Source: Synechococcus sp.
GTDB lineage: Bacteria; Cyanobacteriota; Cyanobacteriia; PCC-6307; Cyanobiaceae
Assembly: GCA_047285305.1 (NCBI GenBank)
Contig: JBJBDL010000003.1
Span: 160,001-224,000 of the forward strand
Reading direction: 5' to 3'
DNA length: 64,000 nucleotides
Shown: piece after piece, positions 25,701-34,781 of the stretch
How positions within the stretch are numbered: position 1 is the first letter of the stretch
Layout: the number at the start of each line of letters is the position of its first letter
Position numbers and translations under genes: made by a program
The notes under the pieces: model-generated
What the model was told of the DNA's origin: nothing
Database searches by the model: none
The model's input: only the letters and a program-made list of their open reading frames with translations

Positions 25701-25939
25701 TGGCTTTTGTCGAAGCCAATCCAGAGGTGCGCTTCGAGGATGACCTGGCCCTCGACGTGGTGATCGGTCATGCCGTCAGGGTCGGCTGGCAACAGAGCCA
25801 TCCCTCTCTTCGTCCAGAGAACTACCCGCAATACAAGGCCCAGGCCTGGGGGCAGTTTTATCGGTCCTCACCCGGTGACTGCCGACGCTGGCAGGTCACG
25901 GCATTGAGGGAACTGGCCGAACAACAGGGGCTGGTTTAA
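22751..25939 (+). CDS. GH15-like protein, homologue of phosphorylase kinase alpha/beta subunits
   Basis: QDPISGLLPAS, DAWVRD, WGHLQLDA, PDYGIWERGDK, KRFLRDG, ESEWPLF; start set to ATG 22751. Confidence 0.85.
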   Translation: MDEGMVVTTRESLPQNHATTLQRLDQSIQRVVLDRQDPISGLLPASTAHTIHGNYGDAWVRDCVYSVQCVWGLALAHRRQQGHNSLRAWELEQRVVALMRGLMRSMMRQAEKVERFKQSLNPLDSLHAKYDSCTGEPVVADDAWGHLQLDATALFLLQVAQLTKGDCAVVQSRDEVDFLQNLVHYIARAYRTPDYGIWERGDKGNHGLPERNASSIGMAKAALEALDGLDLYGPHGDGSCVLLIPQGAIVRLRRALQGLLPRESASKEADSACLSVIGYPAWAVEDAALVERTGRRIRRELGGTYGYKRFLRDGHQTAVEDVNRLHYEPEELAAFEGIESEWPLFLAFELVTACCERRWEEARSLHSQLKTLAVEQDGERLYPELYQVPASAVDQERLNPGSQERVANTNLPLIWTQSMVWLGEMLLDDLIRPEDIDPCGRREPQSLGADTVLVAMAAETDNVRQALLAAEVPIDPTSVISVQSSDELKQRLKAAGTNPRLELTGRPGHRVETEDTARVYRQDGAISVFTPSVLEDISSYLADDPEELVETVVDELHLLQRHWRGMGRPLLVIPIRDAALQQHRNVILKLAQQLGSGVIESIPVRLGCLSELVDQAQEVQLPPLQQKPVPCSEPAKPLLRDATDLRDLTAAEEQELDDTPIEQLSQRLWNSALLHEQAEVLELLQRRLGPQGIQRCPEGHPVALRTLLEEVYQRGLRCEDWNVVRRCAGAMGMVHPQLEDALTDLLVRQKQVVVGRNYTGDSRLRQPMDSAAIAERIETTSGIDGRERMLEQELLLALDSVARREPALLKGSLTLQLGQLMLLLTSELAVEKTLSQDEAFEALCSEAPHAIRKRLRAVLADVDHARAALQRGEQLHVSGRVQWSVPDPLEETPGGGGWLQHRIRLGSFQKVPRDFYAGIWSLLQHCRGLVIGDKLERRNRLQSSLILEKTPGERNFAAQVDHLLSRIKAPEYRQLCSECLLSLMAFVEANPEVRFEDDLALDVVIGHAVRVGWQQSHPSLRPENYPQYKAQAWGQFYRSSPGDCRRWQVTALRELAEQQGLV

Positions 25940-25954
25940 TCCCAGTGAAAGCCC

Positions 25955-26962
25955 TCAGATCGGTGCGCACAGGGGCGCTCCCGTATCCGGGTGTTCAACG
26001 GCCTGCTCGATCAGATCTGCCAACTTGAGAGCCCGCGAGGCCTGAAGACCATCCACCGCAGGGGTCTCCCGGCCGCGCACACACTGCAAAAAGTGCTCGA
26101 GCTCGGCATAGAGCGGTTCGATCGAGGTGGTGCTCACCTCCTCGATGAAGCCGTCATTCCGATACAGCAGCTCGCCATGATCAGCGGAATACCACTCATG
26201 GGCCCGGCGATGAATATGCAGGGTGTGGTTGAGGAAGTCCGTCTCCACCAGGCTCGAAAGGCAATGGGCACTGAGGCTGCGGATTTTTCGGTGGCTCATC
26301 TTGCTCGCCGTCAGGCTGGCCACAACACCGTTCTCGAAACCCAACGTGGCATTGACGTAATCGATCGGACCTTCGGCACTGCGACCACCGGCAGCGGCAA
26401 GACGCACCACCGGTGCCTTCGCCAGCTCCAGCACGAGGTCGATGTCATGGATCATCAGATCCAGCACCACAGAGACGTCATTAGCCCGATCGGAGTGAGG
26501 GCTGTGGCGACGCGCTTCAAGAACCACCACCTCCTCGTTGGCCACCACTTTGGTGAGCTCACGGAAGGCAGGGTTGAAACGCTCGATGTGGCCCACCTGC
26601 AGCAGACACCCCGCGGCTGAAGCAGCCTCGATCAGTGCAGTGGCCTCGTCCTGGCTGGCCGCAATCGGCTTTTCAATCAGAACGTGCACACCCGCACGCA
26701 GGCAGGCCAGACCGACGGGATGATGTAACAGCGTGGGGACCGCGATGCAGACGGCCTCCACCTCCGAGAGCATGGCGTTGTAGTCGGCGAACCAGCGGCA
26801 GCCGAATTGCTCGGTGGCGAGCTTGCCGCGCTCAGCATCCGGATCCGAGACTCCCACCAGATCGGCATCCCGCAGAAGGCTTAGCACCCGCGCGTGGTGC
26901 CAGCCCATGTTGCCGATGCCGATTACCCCGACCTTGACTGGGACCATGGGGTCGGGAGACAT
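25955..26962 (-). CDS. Gfo/Idh/MocA family oxidoreductase
   Basis: GIGNMG, EKP, GHIERFNP, DLMIHDID. Confidence 0.92.
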   Translation of the reverse strand: MSPDPMVPVKVGVIGIGNMGWHHARVLSLLRDADLVGVSDPDAERGKLATEQFGCRWFADYNAMLSEVEAVCIAVPTLLHHPVGLACLRAGVHVLIEKPIAASQDEATALIEAASAAGCLLQVGHIERFNPAFRELTKVVANEEVVVLEARRHSPHSDRANDVSVVLDLMIHDIDLVLELAKAPVVRLAAAGGRSAEGPIDYVNATLGFENGVVASLTASKMSHRKIRSLSAHCLSSLVETDFLNHTLHIHRRAHEWYSADHGELLYRNDGFIEEVSTTSIEPLYAELEHFLQCVRGRETPAVDGLQASRALKLADLIEQAVEHPDTGAPLCAPI

Positions 26963-26999
26963 CAGCGCAGGCGGTCTATTGGGGGAAGATTATCGGCCT

Positions 27000-28286
27000 T
27001 CAGTCGGAATCTTCCTCTGAGCTGGGGAGAACAAGCCGGACCCGCTCGATCCGCGGCCCTGCCATGGCTGTGATCTCGAACTGCAGGCCGTTGAAATGAA
27101 GCCCTTCCCCGGCGGACGGAATGTGCTGGAGCCGCTCCAGCAGGAAGCCCGCCAGGGTGTGATGGTCATCGGCCTCGGGCAGATCGAGATCGAGCTGTCG
27201 ATTGAGCTCGAAAATCTCCAGATCTCCTGCCACCAGCCAGGCACCGGGGCAGTCCTTCTCTTCGAGCAGATCCGGTTCATCGGTCTCGGCGGGATCCTCA
27301 TCACCAACGATTTCTCCGGTGAGGTCAGCTGCAGTCACCAGCCCCTCGGTGCCGCCGTGCTCATCCACCACCAGCAGTAGCGGCTGACCGCTGCGGATCA
27401 TCGGCAGCAGTTCGGCAAGCGTGCAGGTCTCCAGCACGGGCACCGCAGGCTGGAGATACGGCTCGAGCAACGAATCGGCCTGGAGCTCACCCCGTGCGAT
27501 CGGTTCGGCCATCTGACGCAGATCCAGCACGCCGCGCACGTCATCCAACGACTGGCCGATCACCGGAAAGCGGGCATGACGGGTGTGGTGCACAGCCTCC
27601 ATCATTTCCGCAAAACGGACCGTGGCCGGCAGCGTGACCATCCCAGAGCGCGGCACCATCACCTCCCGCACCTGGGTGTCCCGCAGGGCGAAGACACCTT
27701 CCAGGATGTTCTTCTCATCCGGGAACAACCCCGTGACCCGTCCAGATTCCACAAGGGTTTCCAGCTCACCAGCTGAAAGGGCTGGCACCAGCACATCCCA
27801 TTGGGGAGCCAGGCCAAGCAGGCGCATCAATAGGCCCGCCAGCGCCTCAAGCAGGTTGAGCAGTGGCGCCAGGCAGCGCATTACCACCTCCAACAGAGGC
27901 ACCAGGCGAAGCGCCGAGGATTCCGGACGGTTCAACACCCAGGCCTTGGGCAACAAACCAGCCACCAGCGTGGCCAGCAGCACGATGCTGAGGAACAAGG
28001 CTGTGTCGCGCCAAGCGACACCCACAGACCCATCCGACCAGAGCCGCCCCCCCAGACCACGGCCAGCCCAGCCAAGGGCCACCAGAGCCAGGGTTGCACC
28101 CAATTGAGACACCAGCAGAGCGCGTCGCAGGCGTCGCTGAAGACGCTGGATGGAACGGGCCCCGGCTTGCTCTTCCTCGACGAGCACTTCAACGCGACTG
28201 GGTCGTAGCCGCAGCAGGGCCACCTCTGCAGCCGCGAAGAAGGCCGGCAGAACCAGCAGAACAGCCAGCAGAAGAAGCCGCATCAA
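27000..28286 (-). CDS. HlyC/CorC (CNNM-CBS-CorC) family membrane protein
   Basis: FFAAAEVA, VREVMVPR, VVDEHGG, TLAGF. Confidence 0.9.
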   Translation of the reverse strand: MMRLLLLAVLLVLPAFFAAAEVALLRLRPSRVEVLVEEEQAGARSIQRLQRRLRRALLVSQLGATLALVALGWAGRGLGGRLWSDGSVGVAWRDTALFLSIVLLATLVAGLLPKAWVLNRPESSALRLVPLLEVVMRCLAPLLNLLEALAGLLMRLLGLAPQWDVLVPALSAGELETLVESGRVTGLFPDEKNILEGVFALRDTQVREVMVPRSGMVTLPATVRFAEMMEAVHHTRHARFPVIGQSLDDVRGVLDLRQMAEPIARGELQADSLLEPYLQPAVPVLETCTLAELLPMIRSGQPLLLVVDEHGGTEGLVTAADLTGEIVGDEDPAETDEPDLLEEKDCPGAWLVAGDLEIFELNRQLDLDLPEADDHHTLAGFLLERLQHIPSAGEGLHFNGLQFEITAMAGPRIERVRLVLPSSEEDSD

Positions 28287-28296
28287 CAGGGGGGAA

Positions 28297-28369
28297 TGGG
28301 GGTCGCGAGGATCGAACTCGCCTTAGGCGAATTATGAGTTCGCTGCATTCACCAGATTGCTAGACCCCC
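28297..28369 (-). tRNA. tRNA with CAT anticodon, probably tRNA-Ile2 (lysidine)
   Basis: GGGGGTCTAGCAATCTGGTGAATGCAGCGAACTCATAATTCGCCTAAGGCGAGTTCGATCCTCGCGACCCCCA. A paired G1-C72 and no GGG/CCC anticodon stem argue against fMet; Ile2 versus elongator Met is an inference. Confidence 0.9.
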
Positions 28370-28381
28370 ATGTGGAGAGTT

Positions 28382-28726
28382 TTACCTCAGGAGAGTCATG
28401 CCAGGGAAGGCGAATCCCATGAACCGATTCCCCTCGATGCCGCCAATAGCGATTCCTAGAAAATCAGTCAATTGATGCAGGGGGGCCACGCCCCGGGCCA
28501 TGGGCGAGTTCCAGGTGTGTAGGCGACGGTTGACCATTTCACTGGTGGTCTCCGTGGGGTGTCACACCATTACTTCGACGGGAGCTCTACCACTGCCGGG
28601 CATGGGCGCCTCAACACTGGTAGTGCAGACCAACGGACCCGCCAACACCGATGGGGCGGCGAGCAGGAGCACGCTCGAACCAAAGAACGACCGCAGCAGA
28701 ACCGGACGAATCAGCTCTAAGCGCAA
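28382..28726 (-). pseudogene. disrupted picocyanobacterial exported protein (often labelled Occludin/ELL family)
   Basis: Signal peptide-AGPLVCTTSVEAP...PVEVMV*HPTETT...ARGVAPLHQLTDFLGIAIGG..GFAFP; in-frame TGA at 28562-28564. Confidence 0.65.
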
Positions 28727-28758
28727 ACTAAGGACAACTGCGAAGCGCGGCCAGCCCT

Positions 28759-29331
28759 ATGTCTGAATCGTCGAGTGTCCCGACTGAGCGGGAGCAACTG
28801 CTGAACCGTCTGGCCACCCTGGCCTACCGACGCGGAGACTTCACCCTGGCTTCAGGCCGCAAAAGCGAGCACTACGTGAACTGCAAACCCGTGAGCCTGA
28901 GCGGTTCCGGGCTGGCGCTGATCAGCCGGGCGATGCTCACCCACGTTGAAGCCGATGCACTGGCCGTGGCTGGTCTCACCCTCGGAGCAGACCCACTGGT
29001 GAGCGGTGTTGCCATGGCCGCCGCCGATCGAGGTCGGGAGCTTGATGCGCTGATCGTGCGCAAGGAAGCCAAAGGCCACGGCACCGGTGCCTGGCTGGAG
29101 GGTCCGCTCCCCGCCCCCGGAGCACGAATCACCGTGCTGGAAGACGTTGTCACCACAGGAGGCTCCTCCCTCAAAGCGGTTCGGCAGCTGCGCGACGCCG
29201 GCTACAAGGTGGACCGGGTCGTCACCATCGTCGACAGGGAAGAAGGGGGCGACGCTGCGATGACGGCTGAAAATCTTGAACTGATCAGCCTTTACAAGCT
29301 GTCTGAAATCGCCGCCTTCACGCCGGCATGA
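28759..29331 (+). CDS. pyrE: orotate phosphoribosyltransferase
   Basis: [24 protein letters not shown]. Confidence 0.96.
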   Translation: MSESSSVPTEREQLLNRLATLAYRRGDFTLASGRKSEHYVNCKPVSLSGSGLALISRAMLTHVEADALAVAGLTLGADPLVSGVAMAAADRGRELDALIVRKEAKGHGTGAWLEGPLPAPGARITVLEDVVTTGGSSLKAVRQLRDAGYKVDRVVTIVDREEGGDAAMTAENLELISLYKLSEIAAFTPA

Positions 29332-30122
29332 GCAAGTTGTTTTGGGACGCCCAAGTACCCTGGCTGCGCTTGAACGGCAGCGGAGCACCCCAGTTTCTTC
29401 AAGGGCAGACTAGTGCTGACCTCAACGCACTCCAATCCGGCGATCTTCTTCAGACCTGCTGGCTGACCGCAACGGGACGCTTGCGGGCCGTGCTGGAACT
29501 TCGTTTTGATGCAGCTGGGGCCGATGTGATCGTTTTGGCGGGAGAGGCCTCTGCCGTTCACGCTGGATTTGATCAGGTGATCTTTCCAGCCGATCGGGTT
29601 CGCCTCCAACCCCTGGGTCAGTTGCGCCGACTGCAGTGGCTCGAGCCCATGGCTGCAGCCGTGTGGTGCGATCCGGATGTGGCCCTGCCGGAGCCCTGGG
29701 CATCAGGAGAAGCAGCCAGCTCGACGGCTCTTGAGCAATGGCGGCTTCAGAGCGGATTCCCCCCGGGACCCGGTGAACTCAATGGCGACACCAACCCCCT
29801 GGAGCTTGGGCTTGTCGCTCAGGTCAGCACAGATAAAGGCTGCTACCTCGGCCAGGAGACCATGGCCAAACTCATCGGCCAGGCAGGAGTGAAGCAACAG
29901 CTGCGCTGTTGGAGCTGCCCCAGTCCGCTGGCGGCCACCGCCAAGCTCACGCTGGATGGCGAGCGAGCCGGTGTAATTACCAGTGCTCTCGAACGCGATG
30001 GCACTTGGCTTGGGCTGGCCCTGGTGCGCCGCCAGTGCCTGGCCAGTCCAACGCTGGAAGGTCCCAATGGAGAACAGCTCCAGATCCGTAAACCTGAGGC
30101 GTTTCAGGATCCCGACGCCTGA
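29328..30122 (+). CDS. ygfZ: folate-binding protein YgfZ family
   Basis: FLQGQ and KGCYLGQE motifs. Confidence 0.9.
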   Translation: MSKLFWDAQVPWLRLNGSGAPQFLQGQTSADLNALQSGDLLQTCWLTATGRLRAVLELRFDAAGADVIVLAGEASAVHAGFDQVIFPADRVRLQPLGQLRRLQWLEPMAAAVWCDPDVALPEPWASGEAASSTALEQWRLQSGFPPGPGELNGDTNPLELGLVAQVSTDKGCYLGQETMAKLIGQAGVKQQLRCWSCPSPLAATAKLTLDGERAGVITSALERDGTWLGLALVRRQCLASPTLEGPNGEQLQIRKPEAFQDPDA

Positions 30123-31579
30123 TCCTGTTCAAGCAACCAGTCGGCAACGGCCCAGGTTGCCAGGCAGTCGTCGCGGTTGTACTCGAAGATCCAGTGCAGC
30201 CCGTGCCTAGTGCCGCGTCGATCGGGCCCCTCCCCCTGCCACTGCCGCCACCACAGCAGGGCCCTAGCCCCGTCCACACCTGCCTGACTCCATTGGAACC
30301 CCTGCCAAACAGCCACGGCCTTGAGGCCATAACTGGCCAGGGGCAGGCGCCAGTGATGTCTTACCCGGGCATGCACATCTACCAAGCGCTGACGAAGCTG
30401 CAGCACCTCGGCCTCTGCGGCACCCTGCCGCTCAGCCATACGCCTTAAGGCCAGGCTTTCTGTCTCCCCGTAGTGAAGGATCGGCCAACCCCGATAGCGA
30501 TTCAGCAACCGTTGCAAACGGAGCCAGCAACGGGCTTCACCATGCTCCGCCAGGGCCAGAATCGGGTGATACGCCACGGATGCCAGATCCCAGTTTCCGC
30601 TTTTGGTTCTGGGCAACACCAGAAAACCGTGAAGGAAGTCGTGACGGGCGTCGGGATCGGATTCGATGTCGTAAAGCAGCACACCAGGACAGTCCTGCAG
30701 TTCCGGCAGTGCCGCTGAGGCATCCAAACGCTCCACCCGTCCATCCCGCTGCGCCCGCGCCTGAGCAACCAGGGATGCGGCCACCTCACCATGCTGATCC
30801 CCAAAACGCTGCAGCTGCTTGGCGAGCTGCAACGGATCAGCCGCGGCGAGATCGGACAAGCCGCGAATCCCAAGCTCCAACAAAATCTCGCGCCGCTTGG
30901 CCCCGATGCCGCTGACCTCGCTCAGATGCCCTTCCTCCGCCGCCACGGCATTGCAGGCGACACGCCAGCTGCAAAGTGAGCACTTACGCCGGTCAGCGGC
31001 CAGCGGAGGAGGAACCGGGCGCTCGAGGTCAGAGCGCAGTTTGCACAGCCCCTCCGACAGCTGTCGGCGCAGACCACTGGAGAGATGCAGCCGCTCCTGT
31101 TCCAGGCGCCGGCCACCACCGCCAAGCACCAGCATGGACGGAACGTCCCCCTGCTGATGCTGCTCAAGCAACAGGGCCATCAGCGCCAGCGGCAGCTGAT
31201 GTTCCCGGGTGGTGCGGCGGCCCTGACGGGCGAGCACCGGTTGATAGGCGAAGTCACCCCAGCGGCTCTGGCCCTTGACCCGCCGCAGCAGTGGAGGGTG
31301 TGCCTCCAACGGCTCACCGGATGGGCCAAGCCCCTTCAGGCGCAGACCCACCACGGCCTCGGCACCGGCAGCACAGGCGGCGATGCCATGGCCAGGCTTG
31401 CGGGGAATCAAGGCCACAAAACAGCGCTGCTGGTCGTCCAGCAAGAGATTGCGATGGGCCGTCCAACGCCGCTCGGCAGGATTCCCGTGGCGATCGAGCC
31501 AGGCCCTGCGACGGCAACGCAGCCAACTGCGCAGCAACCGGTCGGTGAGAGCGTTGTCGGCAGGCGGGGTGTCACCCAT
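30104..31579 (-). CDS. TM0106 family RecB-like putative nuclease
   Basis: CSLCSW, HhH SGIG, YDIESD, SYGLKAVA, YNRDDC. Confidence 0.85.
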   Translation of the reverse strand: MGDTPPADNALTDRLLRSWLRCRRRAWLDRHGNPAERRWTAHRNLLLDDQQRCFVALIPRKPGHGIAACAAGAEAVVGLRLKGLGPSGEPLEAHPPLLRRVKGQSRWGDFAYQPVLARQGRRTTREHQLPLALMALLLEQHQQGDVPSMLVLGGGGRRLEQERLHLSSGLRRQLSEGLCKLRSDLERPVPPPLAADRRKCSLCSWRVACNAVAAEEGHLSEVSGIGAKRREILLELGIRGLSDLAAADPLQLAKQLQRFGDQHGEVAASLVAQARAQRDGRVERLDASAALPELQDCPGVLLYDIESDPDARHDFLHGFLVLPRTKSGNWDLASVAYHPILALAEHGEARCWLRLQRLLNRYRGWPILHYGETESLALRRMAERQGAAEAEVLQLRQRLVDVHARVRHHWRLPLASYGLKAVAVWQGFQWSQAGVDGARALLWWRQWQGEGPDRRGTRHGLHWIFEYNRDDCLATWAVADWLLEQDQASGS

Positions 31580-31632
31580 CCGCCGACCATACGGCTGCCA
31601 GCTGCTAGATCGACTGAAGTGCAGGCTGTGCC

Positions 31633-33096
31633 ATGGCATCGGCTCCCCTCCCTCTGAGTCCAGCTCCGATCAAGTTCGGCACCGACGGCTGGCGCGGGAT
31701 CACCGGCGTCGACATCACGGTTGAGCGGTTGTTGCCCGTTGCCGCCGCCGCGGCTCAGGAGCTCGCCCATCGCGCCCCCGAAGGTCTCAACAGCCGAACA
31801 GTGGTGATCGGTTACGACCGGCGCTTTTTGGCTCCAGAACTGGCGGAAGCCATCGCGGCCGCTGTGCGGGGTTGTGAACTGGAACCACTGCTCACCGACA
31901 CCGATGTGCCCACGCCGGCCTGCAGCTGGGCCGTGGTGGAGCGCAAAGCCCTGGGAGCGTTGGTGATCACCGCCAGTCACAACCCACCGGAATGGCTGGG
32001 GCTGAAGATCAAAGGGCCCTTTGGTGGATCGGTCGAGGGAGACTTCACGGCTGCCGTGGAAAGACGTCTGGCCGCCGGCGGCATCACGGTACCGATCAAG
32101 GCAGAAGTCCCCCGGTTTGATGGGCGCGGCGAGCATCTGGAAGGGCTGCGCCGCAAGTTGGACCTCAGTGCCCTGGTTGATGGCCTCAAGGCCATCAACC
32201 TCAAGGTGATCGTCGATCCGATGCATGGATCAGCCGCCGGCTGTGTGACAGAGCTGCTCGGTCCTGAAGCCGCTGGCGTTGTGGAGGAAATCCGCAGCGA
32301 ACGTGATCCCTTGTTTGGCGGTCATCCGCCGGAACCCCTGGCGCCCTACCTCGGGGCGTTGATCGCGGCCGTGAAAGCCTCAACGGCCGCCGGAACTCCT
32401 GCGGTGGGATTGGTGTTCGACGGCGATGGTGACCGTATCGCCGCCGTGGACGAAACCGGCCGGTTCTGCAGCACCCAGCTGCTGATGCCCCTGTTGATCG
32501 ATCACCTGGCCCGAGCCCGCCAGCTGCCGGGCGCCGTGGTCAAGACCGTGAGCGGCTCGGATCTGATGCGGCTGGTGGCGGAGGCCCAAGGACGCAAGGT
32601 TCTGGAACTCGCGGTGGGCTTCAAATACATCGCCGCAGAGATGCTGGCCGGGGATGTGCTGATCGGCGGCGAAGAATCCGGTGGTGTGGGCTTCGGCATG
32701 CACCTGCCCGAGCGGGACGCCCTGTTCGCGGCGATGCTGGTGCTGGAAGCACTGGTGGAAGGGAAGCAACCCCTGGGTGCGCGTCTGGATGCACTCCAGC
32801 AACAACACGGAGGCAGCAGTCACTACGACCGACTTGACCTGCGCCTTGCCGACATGGAGGCACGCCGACGGCTCGAGACGCTGCTGGACCAGAGCACGCC
32901 CTCGACCGTCGCTGGCGCAGACGTATTGGAGGTGATCAGCACCGACGGGATCAAACTGAGGATGGGACCGAACCACTGGCTGATGCTGCGCTTCTCCGGC
33001 ACCGAACCGCTGCTGCGGGTCTACTGCGAAGGGCCGGATGCCGATCGGGTGAACGAGGTGCTCACATGGGCCCGACAGTTTGCGGAGGCCGCATGA
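31633..33096 (+). CDS. phosphoglucomutase/phosphomannomutase
   Basis: FGTDGWRG, TASHNP, DGDGDR, GEESGG, RFSGTEP. Confidence 0.95.
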   Translation: MASAPLPLSPAPIKFGTDGWRGITGVDITVERLLPVAAAAAQELAHRAPEGLNSRTVVIGYDRRFLAPELAEAIAAAVRGCELEPLLTDTDVPTPACSWAVVERKALGALVITASHNPPEWLGLKIKGPFGGSVEGDFTAAVERRLAAGGITVPIKAEVPRFDGRGEHLEGLRRKLDLSALVDGLKAINLKVIVDPMHGSAAGCVTELLGPEAAGVVEEIRSERDPLFGGHPPEPLAPYLGALIAAVKASTAAGTPAVGLVFDGDGDRIAAVDETGRFCSTQLLMPLLIDHLARARQLPGAVVKTVSGSDLMRLVAEAQGRKVLELAVGFKYIAAEMLAGDVLIGGEESGGVGFGMHLPERDALFAAMLVLEALVEGKQPLGARLDALQQQHGGSSHYDRLDLRLADMEARRRLETLLDQSTPSTVAGADVLEVISTDGIKLRMGPNHWLMLRFSGTEPLLRVYCEGPDADRVNEVLTWARQFAEAA

Positions 33097-33674
33097 AGAC
33101 CCTTGTGATCGCCAGCGGCAACGCTGGCAAGATTCGTGAATTCCAGGGTCTGCTGCAGGCCCTGCCCGTCAGCGTGCAACCCCAGCCAGAAGGCTTGGAG
33201 GTGGAGGAGACGGGCACCACCTTTGCCGCCAATGCCCGGCTCAAGGCTCAAGCGGTTGCCGCCGCCACAGGGGAATGGGCCCTGGCCGATGACTCAGGCC
33301 TGAGTGTGGATGCCCTCAATGGCGCGCCGGGGGTTCACTCCGCCCGCTACGCGCCCACCGACCCGCAACGCATTGCCCGGCTGCTGAAGGCCCTGAACGG
33401 CTCAGATCAACGCCAGGCCTATTTCTGTGCCGCGCTCTGTGTCGCCGCTCCGGACGGCACGATCCTGCTGGAGGTGGAAGGCCTCTGCGACGGATTGATC
33501 ACGGCCTCACCCCGGGGAGATCAGGGTTTCGGCTACGACCCGATCTTTGAAGTCGCTGGAACCGGCCGCACCTTCGCTGAAATGCCTTTGACGGAGAAAA
33601 AGCAGCACGGCCACCGCGGCAAGGCCTTCAGCCTCTTGGAACCCAAGTTGCGCCAGTTGCTCGACGCAAGCTGA
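33093..33674 (+). CDS. rdgB: non-canonical purine NTP pyrophosphatase (RdgB/HAM1)
   Basis: SGNAGK, ADDSGL, PGVHSARY, FGYDPIF, HRGKA. Confidence 0.95.
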   Translation: MKTLVIASGNAGKIREFQGLLQALPVSVQPQPEGLEVEETGTTFAANARLKAQAVAAATGEWALADDSGLSVDALNGAPGVHSARYAPTDPQRIARLLKALNGSDQRQAYFCAALCVAAPDGTILLEVEGLCDGLITASPRGDQGFGYDPIFEVAGTGRTFAEMPLTEKKQHGHRGKAFSLLEPKLRQLLDAS

Positions 33675-33743
33675 AGAAGAACCACGGATACAAAGGTCCT
33701 CTGGGCATGGTCTGTACGGTGAGGCCTGCCGCTGACGAGGTCC

Positions 33744-34781
33744 ATGGCCATCGCCATGACCACGGGTTACAGCGCGCAGACCGAGGGCGCTCTTCTGTGC
33801 ATCGAAGCTGCCTCGGACTGGGCCCTGACTTGTGTGAATCAACTGGCTGTCGCTGACAGCCATGTCCTGATCGATTACGGAGCTGCCGACGGTGGAACCG
33901 CCGTTGGGCTCTGGAACCAGGTGCTTGATCGCCTGCATGCCAACCAACCAAAGGCCCACCTGACGTTGATCGGCAACGACCTGCCGAGCAACGACAACAT
34001 TGCTCTGGCCAACAACCTGGCCCTGCAGATCCCCCGGGGTCCGAAGCCAACGGTGCTGGTGAGTGCCCGCAGCTTCTACGAGCCCTCCGTGGCGCCGAAC
34101 TCTGTGAGCTTCGGTTTTTCCGCCACGGCCATGCACTGGCTGAGCGCCTCCCCCGGCCCCCTGAAAAGCCACACCCATGTGCTGGCCTCCGGTGATGCCG
34201 ACGCTCTTCAGCGCTTCACCGCCCAGGCGATGAAGGACTGGAACCACATCCTCGAGCTGCGCAGCCGCGAACTGAAGGTAGGCGGCCGCCTACTGACGGT
34301 GAACCTCTCCCGTAATGAAGCAGGGCTCTATCTCGGCCACAACGGCGGCGAAACCCGCAACGTGCACGACCAGCTGCACCAGATCTGGCGAGGCATGGCC
34401 GAGGAAGGCCTGATCAGCCAGGAGAAGTACCAACAAGGCACGGTTCTGAACTTCTACAAGTCCCCAGAGGAGTTCATGGCTCCGCTGAAGGACGAGAGCA
34501 GCGCCGCTTACCGCAACGGCCTGCGGCTGGTAGACGAGCGCACCGTTTACGTGAAGTGCCCTTACCGTCGCCGCTGGAACGAGAACGGTGATACGGCTAC
34601 TTTCGCCGCCGGATTGATGGCGACGATCCGCAGCTGGAGCCGCCACAGCTTCGCCAGTGCTGCGGGCGACACCGCAGCAGACACGGTGTTCGAGCGGCTG
34701 CAGCAGCGCATCGCCGAAGCCCCCAGCGAATGGAGCCTCGACTACGTCGAACACCATCAGATGATGCAGAAGGTGGCCTGA
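33744..34781 (+). CDS. SABATH-like SAM-dependent methyltransferase (Methyltransf_7)
   Basis: DYGAADGGT, NDLPSND, SFY, SATAMHWLS, R..EL..GGR motifs; GAGG RBS. Confidence 0.85.
   Translation: MAIAMTTGYSAQTEGALLCIEAASDWALTCVNQLAVADSHVLIDYGAADGGTAVGLWNQVLDRLHANQPKAHLTLIGNDLPSNDNIALANNLALQIPRGPKPTVLVSARSFYEPSVAPNSVSFGFSATAMHWLSASPGPLKSHTHVLASGDADALQRFTAQAMKDWNHILELRSRELKVGGRLLTVNLSRNEAGLYLGHNGGETRNVHDQLHQIWRGMAEEGLISQEKYQQGTVLNFYKSPEEFMAPLKDESSAAYRNGLRLVDERTVYVKCPYRRRWNENGDTATFAAGLMATIRSWSRHSFASAAGDTAADTVFERLQQRIAEAPSEWSLDYVEHHQMMQKVA

Noticed and set aside
28562..28564. In-frame TGA at a probable Cys position as selenocysteine
   Set aside because: No convincing SECIS hairpin follows, the gene also looks truncated, and Sec machinery is not expected in marine Synechococcus.
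30104..31579. TM0106 nuclease as a defence or CRISPR (Cas4-like) system
   Set aside because: Solitary gene among housekeeping genes; no array, cas genes or partner genes.
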